DNA from: Bacteroidales bacterium
GTDB lineage: Bacteria > Bacteroidota > Bacteroidia > Bacteroidales > Muribaculaceae
Length of the DNA: 64,000 bases
Direction of reading: 5' to 3'
NCBI GenBank assembly: GCA_900766975.1
Contig: CAAFXO010000016.1
Span: forward strand, 1,020-65,019
The first letter of the stretch is position 1; every line of letters starts with the position of its first letter. Under the pieces are notes generated by a model, which worked only from the letters and a program-made list of their open reading frames with translations, was not told the DNA's origin and searched no databases. This document shows, one piece after another, positions 1 to 10,200 of the stretch. The translations under genes were made by a program, and so were the position numbers.

Positions 1-949
1 CGATGGCGAGGTTGGAGATCATGGTGTCATTCTTGATACTCTTGAGTTTGGCTACGCCCTCACCGCCAAAGACTACGTTGCAAGCGATATGGTCGAAGAT
101 GCCGCGAGCGGTCTTGGCAGGATCGATGAGGAGATCGGTCGATGCGGGCAACTTAGCCACGAACTCCTTGACGGCATCGTAGGGGAGAGTCTTGATATTA
201 TACTTCTCGAGATGAGCGTTAACGGAGTCGTTAAGTTTCTGATCGTCGACGAAGAGGACATGGTTATTACGATCGAGATACAAGAAACCGACGAACATCG
301 GGGAATAGTTGATATCGTTGGCGGCACGGAGGTTGGTGGTCCAAGCCAGGTCGTCGAGAGCTGAAATGAGGATAGCGTTGGCACCCTGTAGTTCGACTTG
401 ATGGAGCACGGCATCGATCTTCGAATCGGCAGACTGGCCTACGATCTTCTCATCGTGAACGAAGAGTGGATTGAGGGGACGAGCGGGGCGATCGGGATAG
501 ATGAAATCGAACATCGGGAAATCGGTGTTGAGAGTAACCCCCTTGGCAGAGAGGGCATCCTGGAGACGGCGGGCATAATCGACGGAGAAGGTCATGCCAT
601 CGATGCCGACGGTTTGCCCCTGAGAAGCATGTTCGACAACCCACTCAACGAGGTCGACAGCCTCGGGGCCATCCTCCTTCATCATCTTAAAACCGGTGTC
701 TCGGAGTTGATCCTCGGCTTGGATGAAATATCTTGAATCGGTCCAGCAGAGAGCCTCGGCGTTAGAGACTACGGCAGTGCCGTTGGTGCCATTATCGGAC
801 TCGAAACCGGTGAGCCACTCGCGACCACGCCAGTGGTGGGGAGGGAGTTCACTCTGATGAGGGTCGGTGCCGGAGATAATGCAGATATCGATAGCATGAT
901 CAGCCATAGCCTTGCGCAGACGGCCCAGATATTCAAAATTCTTCTTCAT
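1..949 (-). CDS. aminopeptidase P / Xaa-Pro aminopeptidase family (M24B), N-terminal 316 codons; gene continues beyond the left window edge
   Basis: Own minus-strand translation from ATG (complement of 947-949): MKKNFEYLGRLRKAMADHAIDICIISGTDPHQSELPPHHWRGREWLTGFESDNGTNGTAVV... It stays open to base 2 and has a creatinase/prolidase-type N-domain pattern. It is absent from the ORF track because no stop lies inside the window. Confidence 0.7.
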   Translation of the reverse strand, partial: MKKNFEYLGRLRKAMADHAIDICIISGTDPHQSELPPHHWRGREWLTGFESDNGTNGTAVVSNAEALCWTDSRYFIQAEDQLRDTGFKMMKEDGPEAVDLVEWVVEHASQGQTVGIDGMTFSVDYARRLQDALSAKGVTLNTDFPMFDFIYPDRPARPLNPLFVHDEKIVGQSADSKIDAVLHQVELQGANAILISALDDLAWTTNLRAANDINYSPMFVGFLYLDRNNHVLFVDDQKLNDSVNAHLEKYNIKTLPYDAVKEFVAKLPASTDLLIDPAKTARGIFDHIACNVVFGGEGVAKLKSIKNDTMISNLAI

Positions 950-1093
950 GATAGATATGTGATTGAATGATAAATAGACAAAACTACAAATTATAAAACT
1001 AAAAAGGCTCAAAAAAGTATAATCCGCAGAGGGGTAATACCCGAGCCGGAGAGTGGGATCATAGCTGCCGAAAGGGGATATGATCTTAGACTA

Positions 1094-1101
1094 CAAAATT
1101 A
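1094..1101 (-). promoter_or_regulatory. Bacteroides-type -7 promoter box (TAATTTTG on minus strand) for the aminopeptidase gene
   Basis: CAAAATTA on the plus strand is TAATTTTG on the minus strand and matches TAnnTTTG. It lies about 145 nt upstream of the ATG at 949. Confidence 0.4.
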
Positions 1102-1240
1102 ACAAAAAAAGCGAGAAAAAATCCACAAAACGAGTCGACAAATTAGAAAAAATTGTGGTCAAAAAGAATGAATGTTGGTTTAATTCGCACATTTAAAGAA
1201 ATAACAACGTGCACGATATGGAATATAAATAGAAATATAG

Positions 1241-1248
1241 TAAATTTG
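1241..1248 (+). promoter_or_regulatory. orphan -7 box TAAATTTG with no downstream ORF
   Basis: Exact TAnnTTTG match on the plus strand. Only a 7-codon ORF follows. A chance hit in AT-rich DNA is possible. Confidence 0.2.
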
Positions 1249-1385
1249 CAAAGTATTTAGACAACCGGAGCAATCCGGTAAGAATAAGATGGCAAGTCAA
1301 AAAATCTTTTAGTAATAGTGATATAAATTGTAAGTTAGTGGTTGAGTAAGATCAGCGTTCCGCTTGTGAAAGTAGGCGAATTCTA

Positions 1386-1427
1386 AAAAATCACAGTAAG
1401 ACTCCCGATTGTGAAATCGGGAGTCTT
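1386..1427 (-). terminator. intrinsic terminator of the amylase transcript
   Basis: Perfect 12-bp stem AAGACTCCCGAT (1398-1409) / ATCGGGAGTCTT (1416-1427) with a 6-nt loop. On the minus strand it is followed by ACTGTGATTTTTTAG. Confidence 0.75.
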
Positions 1428-1440
1428 GCTCGTTTATATG

Positions 1441-1629
1441 GTGTTATTGACGTTCTTGACGTTCTTGACGTTATTGACGTTATTGACGTTATGAACGTTA
1501 TGAACGTTATGAACGTTATTAACGTTATTAACGTGCGGAACGTTCTTGACGTTCTTGACGTTCTTGACGTTCTTGACGTTCTTAACGTTCGGAACGTTCG
1601 GGACGTTCGGGACGTGCGGGACGTTTTTA
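1441..1629. repeat. tandem 9-bp minisatellite, 20 units plus 1 degenerate unit, invariant ACGT core
   Basis: Units start every 9 bp from 1450 to 1621: ACGTTCTTG x2, ACGTTATTG x2, ACGTTATGA x3, ACGTTATTA x2, ACGTGCGGA, ACGTTCTTG x4, ACGTTCTTA, ACGTTCGGA, ACGTTCGGG x2, ACGTGCGGG, ACGTTTTTA. A degenerate unit GTGTTATTG sits at 1441. Confidence 0.95.
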
Positions 1630-1633
1630 TCGA

Positions 1634-3019
1634 TTATTTGCTTACTAATACTTGGTATTGCCAGGGGGTTAGAGTGGCGGGGAGGGTTGCCGGAGCTCCG
1701 GTGAAGAGGTCCTTTAGGCCGGACACTGAGGGGAGGTTGTCTCCGGCGAGTGATACCGGTTTGGAGGAGAGGTTGGCTACTACCACTACTCTATCGCCTT
1801 CCGACTCGCGGCACATCACCAGGATATCGTCGGAAGAAGTCTTGACGAAATTGGCGGCTGCATGGGCTTTGAGAGCCTTATTGTTATGCTTGAGCGCTGT
1901 GAGGGTCTGATAGAAGAGGGTAAGATCATTCTGAGTATAATCGGGGATGACCTTATCTTGCTCGAAGAACTCGAAAGCATGGTTGAAGCCAACTTCCTGT
2001 CCGGTATACATCATGGGCACGCCGGGGAGTGTAAAGCTGAGCACGGCAAAAGTGCGGACAGCCTCGCCATAGCGGTCGAACTCGGTGCCTTCCCATGAAT
2101 TGAGGTCATGGTTGGTGATCATATTCATGTGGACCGAACCTGCGGGGAACTCCTTGGCTTGCTTTTCGATCAGCGCCGGGATATCGATGGCAGACTTGGC
2201 GGGGCGATTTTCCTTATGGTCGACAGCCCACTTATTGATACCCTTGGTGGCAGCGATGGCGTTGAAGAGGTCCTTCATAGGCCAAGCATAGTCTACATCG
2301 AATGCCTTGGCGAGGAGTTCGGGTTTGCTGGCTTCGGCGAGCATCATGACCGGTTTTACGGCTTGCAATTTGGGGCGAACATCCTCCCAGAAATCGGTAA
2401 GGACTTCACCGGCGACATCGCAACGATATCCATCGATATCGGCCTCCTTGACCCAGAAGAGGAGAGCATCGGTCATAGCGGCGCGGGTGTCGGGGTTGTG
2501 ATAATCGAGCACGAAGACATCGGTCCAGTCGTAAGGGCCAAACATTTTACCCTCATCATTGCGGGCATAATAATCGGGGTGCTGTTCGATCCAGGGGTTG
2601 TCGGCGCCGGTATGATTGCAAACCTCATCGAGGATTACTCTTATGCCGAGGGAGTGGGCGGCATTAACGAGAGCCTTGAGATCGTCGAAAGTGCCGAACT
2701 CGGGGTTAACCTTCTTGTAATCTTGCACGGCATAATAAGAGCCGAGAGTACCCTTACGCTGTTCAAGGCTGATGGGATGGATAGGCATAAGCCAGACTAC
2801 ATCGACGCCGAGTTGACGGAGGCGAGGGAGTTCCTTGCGGAGGCCATTAAGGTTGCGAGAGGGTGTACCTTGGCGGAGATTAGCCTCATAGATTACAGCC
2901 GACTCGAGCCAAGCGGGAGAGGGAGAAGAAGCCTTAACGACAGGTTTCTCTTGAGCAGCGGCAAGACCGGAAAAGCAGAGAGCCGCGGCTAAGAAAGCGG
3001 TGAGTTTTTTTAAGAACAT
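1634..3019 (-). CDS. secreted GH13 alpha-amylase family glycoside hydrolase
   Basis: 461 aa. N-terminal signal peptide MFLKKLTAFLAAALCFSGLAAAQE. GH13 conserved regions: DEVCNHTG, DGYRCDVAGE, MLAEA, ITNHD. Confidence 0.85.
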   Translation of the reverse strand: MFLKKLTAFLAAALCFSGLAAAQEKPVVKASSPSPAWLESAVIYEANLRQGTPSRNLNGLRKELPRLRQLGVDVVWLMPIHPISLEQRKGTLGSYYAVQDYKKVNPEFGTFDDLKALVNAAHSLGIRVILDEVCNHTGADNPWIEQHPDYYARNDEGKMFGPYDWTDVFVLDYHNPDTRAAMTDALLFWVKEADIDGYRCDVAGEVLTDFWEDVRPKLQAVKPVMMLAEASKPELLAKAFDVDYAWPMKDLFNAIAATKGINKWAVDHKENRPAKSAIDIPALIEKQAKEFPAGSVHMNMITNHDLNSWEGTEFDRYGEAVRTFAVLSFTLPGVPMMYTGQEVGFNHAFEFFEQDKVIPDYTQNDLTLFYQTLTALKHNNKALKAHAAANFVKTSSDDILVMCRESEGDRVVVVANLSSKPVSLAGDNLPSVSGLKDLFTGAPATLPATLTPWQYQVLVSK

Positions 3020-3033
3020 GATAAGAAATTTTA

Positions 3034-3061
3034 AGACCCCTGCTCAGCATGGGGCAGGGGT
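3034..3061 (-). terminator. hairpin downstream of leuS
   Basis: 9-bp stem GACCCCTGC (3034-3042) / GCAGGGGTC (3053-3061), 20 nt after the leuS stop. On the minus strand it is followed by TCTTAAAATTTCTT. Confidence 0.6.
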
Positions 3062-3081
3062 CGGTATTAAACACTGTAGAA

Positions 3082-5844
3082 TTACACGACGATATTAACG
3101 ATGCGACCCGGCACGACGATAACCTTGCGCGGGGTCTTACCGGCGAGCCACTTGGCGGCGCCATCATCGGCGAGGGCGATACGTTCCACCTCCTCTTTAG
3201 AGGCGTTGGCAGCGACCTCGATGGTGTAGCGAGTCTTGCCATTGAAAGACACGGGATACTTGACGCTATCCTCGACCAGGGCACTCTCATCCCACATTGG
3301 CCATGTGGCATCGCAAACGCTATCAGTATTGCCGAGACGATGCCAGAACTCCTCAGCGATGTGGGGAGCGAAGGGAGCGATGACGCGAGTGAAGAGGTCA
3401 GCCACACGGCGGCTTGTCGACTTGAGTTGAGACAACTCATTCAGAGCGATCATAAAGGCGGAAACGGAGGTATTGTAAGAGAAAGCCTCAATATCGGAAG
3501 TCACCTTCTTGATCAGCTTATTGATAGCCTTGCTCTCCTCCTTGGTCATCTCGGCATCCGAATTGAGGTCGACCTTATCGAAGAACCCCCAGAGCTTCTT
3601 GATGAAGCGATTGACGCCATCGATACCGTTGGTGTCCCAAGGTTTGGACTGTTCCACCGGGCCGAGGAACATCTCATAGAGGCGGAGCGTATCGGCGCCA
3701 TACTTCTCAACGATATCATCGGGATTGACGACATTGAACATCGACTTCGACATCTTCTCGACAGCCGACCCGCAGATATACTTACCATCCTCGAGTACGA
3801 ACTCGGCATTTGCGAAATCGGGGCGCCAAGCCTTGAACTTCTCAGTATCGAGCACATTGTTCGACACCATCGAGATATCGACGCGGATGGGGGCAGTGTC
3901 ATACTCCTTGCGGAGGCCATAGCTCACGAAAGTGTTGGTGCCTTTGACACGATACACAAAACAGCTGCAACCCTGGATCATGCCCTGGTTGACGAGCTTC
4001 TTGAAGGGTTCCGGTTCGGCTACGACACCGAGGTCGAAGAGGAACTTATTCCAGAATCGGGAATAGATCAAGTGGCCGGTAGCATGTTCGGCGCCGCCGA
4101 CATAGAGGTCGACATTTCTCCAATAATTGTTAGCCTCGGGGCTGACGAGCGCCTTATCATTATGAGGATCCATATAGCGGAGATAATAAGCCGACGAACC
4201 GGCGAAGCCGGGCATAGTGCAGAGTTCGAGGGGGAAACCGTCGGGGGTGGTCCAATCCTTGGCGCGAGCCAAAGGAGGCTGACCATCCTCGGTGGGGAGA
4301 TAACTCGACACCTGGGGGAGGTGGAGAGGGAGTTGCGACTCATCGATCAGATAGGGAGTTCCCTCCTTATAATATACGGGGAAAGGTTCGCCCCAATATC
4401 TTTGGCGAGAGAAGATGGCATCACGGAGGCGATAATTCACCTTCACCTTGCCGAGGCCCTTCTCCTCGATATACATTTTGGTACGCGCGATAGCCTCCTT
4501 GACTTCGAGGCCATTGAGGTTGAGGTCGTCGCTTTGGGAATTGATCATACGGCCCTCCTTGGCATCGAAGCTTTGTTCGGAGACATCAGCGCCCTCGATC
4601 AGAGGGATGATGGGGAGGTCGAAATGACGAGCGAAGGCATAGTCACGCGAATCGTGAGCCGGCACCGCCATGATGGCGCCGGTGCCATAACCGGCGAGGA
4701 CATAATCGCTGACCCACACGGGGATCTGCTTGCCGGTGAGGGGATTGACGGCATAGCTGCCGGTGAAAACACCCGACACCTTCTTCTCGATCTGACGTTC
4801 ACGTTCGGTCTTATGCTTCACCTCCTCAAGATAAGCTTGCACCTCCTGCTGACGGTCGGGGGTGGTGAGGAGAGCGACATATTTCGACTCCGGGGCGAGC
4901 ACCATGAAAGTGACACCGAAGATGGTATCAGCGCGAGTGGTGAAGATATCGAGCACCACATCCGAGTCAGCAACCTTAAACTTCATTTCGGCGCCCTCAG
5001 AACGGCCGATCCAATTACGTTGAGTCTCCTTGAGCGAATCACTCCACTGCAGAGAGTCGAGGTCATCGAGCAGACGAGGAGCGTAAGCCGACACACGGAG
5101 GCACCACTGATTCATCACCTTCTGCTCCACGGGGAAACCGCCGCGTACACTAAGACCCTCACTCACCTCATCATTGGCGAGGACAGTGCCGAGTTTGGGG
5201 CACCAATTCACCATTGATTCGCCCTGATAAGCGATGCGATAATTCATCAAACGCTCACGTTGCTGAGCTTCGGAGAGGGCATTCCACTCCTCGGCGGAGA
5301 AAGAGAGGGTCTTACCGCAGGCGGCATTCACACCTTCAGAGCCAGACATGGCGAAATGCTCGACGAGGCGTTCGATCGGCATAGCCTTATTCAGGTCGAG
5401 ATCGTAATAAGAATTGAACATTTGCATGAACGCCCACTGAGTCCAGCGATAATACTTCGGGTCGCAAGTGCGAACCTCGCGGCTCCAATCGAACGAAAAC
5501 CCGATCTTATCGAGTTGCTCGCGATATCGATTGATATTCTCGACGGTGGTCTTCTCGGGGTGTTGACCGGTCTGGATGGCATACTGCTCGGCGGGGAGGC
5601 CGTAAGCGTCATATCCCATCGGGTGAAGCACGTTAAAACCCTGCTGGCGCTTAAATCGAGCATAGATATCGCTCGCTATATAGCCGAGGGGATGACCGAC
5701 ATGCAGACCTGCTCCCGAAGGATAGGGGAACATATCGAGCACATAGAACTTAGGACGAGAGGAATCCTCATGGACCTCATAGACACGATTGCTGCGCCAA
5801 AACTCTTGCCAGCGCTTTTCGATTTCCTGGTGGTTGTATTCCAT
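3082..5844 (-). CDS. leuS: leucine--tRNA ligase
   Basis: 920 aa from [20 protein letters not shown] motif (HVGHPLGY) and KMSKS motif ([10 protein letters not shown]) are present. I trimmed the ORF-track start (5946) to the ATG at 5844, because the upstream 34 codons are low-complexity promoter DNA. Confidence 0.97.
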   Translation of the reverse strand: MEYNHQEIEKRWQEFWRSNRVYEVHEDSSRPKFYVLDMFPYPSGAGLHVGHPLGYIASDIYARFKRQQGFNVLHPMGYDAYGLPAEQYAIQTGQHPEKTTVENINRYREQLDKIGFSFDWSREVRTCDPKYYRWTQWAFMQMFNSYYDLDLNKAMPIERLVEHFAMSGSEGVNAACGKTLSFSAEEWNALSEAQQRERLMNYRIAYQGESMVNWCPKLGTVLANDEVSEGLSVRGGFPVEQKVMNQWCLRVSAYAPRLLDDLDSLQWSDSLKETQRNWIGRSEGAEMKFKVADSDVVLDIFTTRADTIFGVTFMVLAPESKYVALLTTPDRQQEVQAYLEEVKHKTERERQIEKKVSGVFTGSYAVNPLTGKQIPVWVSDYVLAGYGTGAIMAVPAHDSRDYAFARHFDLPIIPLIEGADVSEQSFDAKEGRMINSQSDDLNLNGLEVKEAIARTKMYIEEKGLGKVKVNYRLRDAIFSRQRYWGEPFPVYYKEGTPYLIDESQLPLHLPQVSSYLPTEDGQPPLARAKDWTTPDGFPLELCTMPGFAGSSAYYLRYMDPHNDKALVSPEANNYWRNVDLYVGGAEHATGHLIYSRFWNKFLFDLGVVAEPEPFKKLVNQGMIQGCSCFVYRVKGTNTFVSYGLRKEYDTAPIRVDISMVSNNVLDTEKFKAWRPDFANAEFVLEDGKYICGSAVEKMSKSMFNVVNPDDIVEKYGADTLRLYEMFLGPVEQSKPWDTNGIDGVNRFIKKLWGFFDKVDLNSDAEMTKEESKAINKLIKKVTSDIEAFSYNTSVSAFMIALNELSQLKSTSRRVADLFTRVIAPFAPHIAEEFWHRLGNTDSVCDATWPMWDESALVEDSVKYPVSFNGKTRYTIEVAANASKEEVERIALADDGAAKWLAGKTPRKVIVVPGRIVNIVV

Positions 5845-5917
5845 TTGAATATATAAAATCAAGAAAATAATCTGATATAAAAAAGGGGTGGGAAAGACAC
5901 AATGATTTCCCAAATTG

Positions 5918-5925
5918 CAAATATA
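5918..5925 (-). promoter_or_regulatory. -7 box TATATTTG (minus strand) for leuS
   Basis: CAAATATA on the plus strand, about 75 nt upstream of the leuS ATG. Confidence 0.45.
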
Positions 5926-6032
5926 GTAAAAAATAGGATAAAACACCGAACAAAGTTCACAATAGATAATAATAAAGTAGATAATAGATAATAATTACAC
6001 TATTTACGACGTTAAAGAAGATAGTGCTAAGT

Positions 6033-6078
6033 GTGCACAAAAAGCAAAAGAGTGCACAAAAAGCAAAAGAGTGCACAA
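6033..6078. repeat. 2.4 tandem copies of a 19-bp unit GTGCACAAAAAGCAAAAGA
   Basis: Identical units at 6033-6051 and 6052-6070, with a partial GTGCACAA at 6071-6078. Each unit begins with the palindrome GTGCAC. The array ends 15 bp before the ATG at 6093. Confidence 0.9.
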
Positions 6079-6092
6079 TAGGAATAAAAGAC

Positions 6093-7181
6093 ATGGAGAT
6101 AATCTATCTGGCGTTGGCCACAACGATATTGCTCTTGACGTTGCCTTTAAGTTCACTGAAGGTGGTCTACAGTCACGACGAGAGCCAAGAGAGATATGAT
6201 GCCCTGGCTCGATGGGAGAAGGGGCGTCGGCAGCCGGTGTATATAGGCGCCGGTCTGATAGCAATCGGACTGATCGTAATGTGTATATTTCGATCGGACG
6301 AACTTGCAGACTATCAGATGTATGAGAACCTCTACCGGATGGGAGGAGGAGAGAATATGCGGCAAGACATAGAGGCATCGTTCGTCACTATGGTGAAATT
6401 GTCGCCGACGTTCTTGGTATTATTGGGAATATATGCCACCCTGTCGGTGGGGGGTCACATCATCGGCATCTTCAAGAACTCGCCGAATATATGGTTATCG
6501 ATGGTGGTCTATCTCTCCTACTACTTTGTGTTGCATGATATGATCCAGATGCGAGTAGCCATCGGTTTGGGTATCATCTTGTATGCGGTGCGATACATCA
6601 CGGAGCGAAAGATGCTTCCCTACATGCTGTTGGTGGGTATAGCGTTCTGGTTTCACAAGTCGATGGCACTCTTCCTGCCGCTCTACTTTGTGCCCTACAA
6701 GACCCTGAACAAGTGGGTATGGAGCGGCATAATACTGGCAGCGTTGGTGATGGGATTTACGAACAATGCCTTCGGCTACGTAGCTAAATTCATCCCAGTA
6801 GACTTCATCGATGCCTACGTCAGGTCGTATATGGGCAATCGCGACTATGTGGCCTCAAAATTAGGTATTCAGAGTGTATTGATGGCTCTTGTGCCGATCT
6901 TTCTGCTCTTCAATCTCAACGAGATCAAGCGGCACTATCCCTTGGCAGTGCCGGTGCTGATGTTCTATATCATCTCACAATTATGTTATCTGCTCTTCGT
7001 CGACATCCCTGTGATGCGAGCCCGACTTGGAGAATTGTTTGGCACATTCGACATCTTTGCCTACGCGATGTTGCCCTTGGCGAGCAAGAAATACTACTAT
7101 CCACTGATGATAGTGTCCATAATATTCTGTTTACTTCGTGTGCCGATCACGATGGAATTGTTGGCAGGCACGGCGATGTAA
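6093..7181 (+). CDS. EpsG-family / Wzy-like polysaccharide polymerase (polytopic membrane protein)
   Basis: 362 aa from MEIIYLALATTILLL, with about 10 hydrophobic segments. EpsG-like landmarks: DELADYQMYENLY, IQMRVAIGLGI, WFHKSMALF. The GTG at 6024 in the ORF track would translate the 19-bp repeat, so I prefer the ATG at 6093. Confidence 0.6.
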   Translation: MEIIYLALATTILLLTLPLSSLKVVYSHDESQERYDALARWEKGRRQPVYIGAGLIAIGLIVMCIFRSDELADYQMYENLYRMGGGENMRQDIEASFVTMVKLSPTFLVLLGIYATLSVGGHIIGIFKNSPNIWLSMVVYLSYYFVLHDMIQMRVAIGLGIILYAVRYITERKMLPYMLLVGIAFWFHKSMALFLPLYFVPYKTLNKWVWSGIILAALVMGFTNNAFGYVAKFIPVDFIDAYVRSYMGNRDYVASKLGIQSVLMALVPIFLLFNLNEIKRHYPLAVPVLMFYIISQLCYLLFVDIPVMRARLGELFGTFDIFAYAMLPLASKKYYYPLMIVSIIFCLLRVPITMELLAGTAM

Positions 7182-7200
7182 ACAAAAAGAAAGAGAAAAT

Positions 7201-10200
7201 ATGAAAAAAGATAAGAAGCTTGTATTTGCCACCAACAACATGCATAAACTGGAAGAGGCAAAGCGGATCATCTCAGACGAGTTTGAGATATTGTCACTTT
7301 CGGAAATCGGCTGTCACGACGAGATACCGGAGACGGCAGACACGCTTGAGGGTAATGCCCTGATCAAGGCACGCTGGGTCCGCGAGCGCTATGGCTATGA
7401 CTGTTTTGCAGACGACACGGGGCTGATGGTCGATGCATTGGATGGAGCTCCGGGCGTGTATAGTGCGCGCTATGCGGGAGATCCCTGCACTCCGGCAGAG
7501 AATGTGGCAAAGATGCTTCGCGAGATGGAGGGGAAAGAGGATCGCGCGGCACACTTCTCGACGGCGATAGCGCTATCCTTGGGAGGAGAAGAGCATATCT
7601 TCGAAGGGAGAGTGGAGGGGAGCATAGCCACCGAGCCCCATGGCGATGGCGGTTTCGGCTACGATCCGATCTTCATAGCCGGGGAGAGCGGCAAATGCTT
7701 TGCCGAGATGAGCGGAGAGGAGAAAGATGCCATCTCCCATCGAGGCAGAGCGATGCGCAAACTGCGCGACTATCTGGCCGGCATACTCACCCTGCTCATC
7801 ATCTGCGTGGTCGGCATGACAGCTCGCGCCGACGACTCACAGTGGCGACTACATGCCTCCTACGATGGCTATATGCATCGCATAGTCGACACCCCATCGT
7901 TCGTCTACTTCCTCGGCACGCGCCAAGAATACAACCCCTCGATCGTCAATGCCTCCACCTTCTACGGAATCCTCTTCCGCTATGACAAGGAGGATGGAGC
8001 CATCGAATACCTCAACAGTTCCAACATCCTATCCGGAAGCAACGCCATCTGCATCAGCTACAACTATGACAAGAACTATTTGGTAGTGGCACACGAAGAT
8101 GGCAACATCGACATCATCGACAAAGAAGACAACGTCACCACCATCACCGGGCTAAGGGTAGCCGACTCATCGCTCAACAAGGGAGTGAACGACATAACCT
8201 TCGACGAGACAGGGCGTTACGTCTATCTTGCCACCAACTTCGGCTATGTCGTGATAGATGCCGCTATCGGCGAGGTATCCACCTCGCGAGTGTTCAACCG
8301 CAAGATCAACAGTGTGATGCCCTATCGCGACAAGATCTGGGTAGCCGCCGACGACGGACTCTATTGCGGTGAGCCCAAAGAATTTGACTTTGAGAAATAT
8401 CAGCAGATCTCGTCGGAGAGCGGAGTCGAATCGCTCAATATCACTAACAATTGGCTCTACTTCCTGTATGGAGCACGCGGCAACAAGACCCCGGGTAGAG
8501 TCGACGACAGCGCCGGCACATACACCTACAAGCCGATATACGACCCGGGAGTGGTCTACCTCTCGAGGAGTCGAAGCGGCATGATGTTGGTGTATAACTG
8601 GCAGATCGTCAGCATCGACGAGACCGGCAAGTTACAGGCGACGACACTACCCAAAGACTACTACTTCTCCAACATAGGGAGCATCGACGGCAAGACCCTT
8701 TGGGTCTCTACACAGCGCGAAGGTATCTGCTCGCTGCGATTGCCTGAGCAGGGGGGAGAATGGACCATGCTGACACAGCAATTTTTCCCCAACGCCTCGA
8801 CGGCATTCCACTGCTCATATATGGAATATAGTCCGACCTACGGCATGCTGGTGCGCAACCATGGCTTCGAATATATCTTTTCATCGCGCATGATTCTGAC
8901 CAACGACCTGATCTCCGGCTATAAAGATATGACCTGGACACCCCTATCTACGACCTATCGCACCGACATGCAGGGGCTACTTATCGACAGTCCCTTCGGC
9001 ATCTCGATCGACCCTAACAATGGAGACCATGTCTACTGCGGATCGGAGCGGTCGGGCTTATTGCGACTTGACCTGAAAGATCCGACCAAATCCATCCACA
9101 TGTCGATGCCCTCGGATATGCTGGGAGGCAATGGCAAAGAGGGATTTGCCGTGATTGTGCCGGACAATCCTGATGGCACTTGGAAAGAGCAGTGTGTATT
9201 TGCCGCCCCATCGTTTGACAACTCGGGCAATCTCTGGACCGCCTTTGTCAATCCGGAGCCGGGAGTCGAAGTGAGTAGTTACACCGAACTCTGGATGTGG
9301 TCGGCAGCCGACAGGGCATCGAGCACCACAGCGAGCAACGTGCATGGCTGGAAACAATTCAAATTTGACAATCTTCTGACCGGGAACACCCCCAAGGTCA
9401 AGGCGCTCCATGGCTCGAAGAATAAGAACATCGTGATGCATTGCGGCAACACGACCACCACTCCGATCCTGATCTGGGATCATAACGGCACAATCGACAA
9501 TCGCTCGGACGACCGCACGGCTCAGATGAAAAACCTCTACGACCAGGATGGCAACAAATTGGACTTCTACTATGTAATCGACTGGTATGAAGATGTCAAC
9601 ACCGGGTTGGTGTGGGTCAGTTATGGCGACGGACTCTTCACCTTCGATCCGCAAACGATCTTTGAGGATCCGACCTCCGTACGCCGCATTAAGGTGCCAC
9701 GCAACGACGGCACGGGACTTGCCGACTACCTGCTGTCGGGAGTCACGGTCAACAGCATAGCCACCGACGCCTCGGGGCGTAAATGGTTTGGCACCAACGG
9801 TGCCGGTCTTGTCTGCACCTCATCCGACGGGCGTGAGATTATCTCCACCTTCACCCCTGACAACTCGCCATTGCCGGGCAGTTCGGTATTTGCCGTATGC
9901 TACAATCCGGAGTCCGGTTCGCTGATGATATCTACCGACAAGGGTCTCTGCGAATACTTCATCCCGGGAGGGGGCAGCGGCGACAGCGACAGCGGTCTGA
10001 AATGCTATCCCAATCCGGTGAGACCCGACTACTTCGGCTATGTCACCATCGAAGGACTCAGCGACCAAGCCATGGTGAAAATCGTGGACATAGGTGGCAA
10101 CCTGATCAAAGAATGTGGCCAGGCTGTCAATGGCGTGGCTCGATGGGATGTCACCAATATGTTCTGCAAGCGAGTACCCTCCGGAGTCTATACCGTAATA

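Noticed and set aside
1441-1629. The nonamer array (and the heptamer array at 61045-61142) as CRISPR arrays
   Set aside because: The units are contiguous 7-9-mers with no unique spacers, no cas genes are present, and the period is far below CRISPR repeat-spacer lengths.
1491-1910. 139-aa ORF beginning MNVMNVMNVINVINVRNVLDVLDV...
   Set aside because: It is the 9-bp repeat read as three codons per unit and then continued antisense into the amylase 3' end. This is an artefact of repeat periodicity, not a gene.
3049-5217. 722-aa plus-strand ORF covering most of leuS in antisense
   Set aside because: It is a shadow ORF. Its D/E/G/I/L-rich, motif-free translation lies exactly opposite a gene with unambiguous LeuRS motifs (HIGH, KMSKS). 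The sense codon bias (few TTA/CTA/TCA codons) removes stops from the antisense frame. There is no promoter box and no independent support.
5845-5946. N-terminal extensions in the ORF track for leuS, and likewise for epsG-like 6024, rdgB 7138, GH3 14377, purE 37501, purC 41882, rbfA 56782 and wza 24827
   Set aside because: The extensions translate AT-rich promoter or repeat DNA into implausible peptides. Conserved N-termini begin at downstream ATGs, which I used as the starts.
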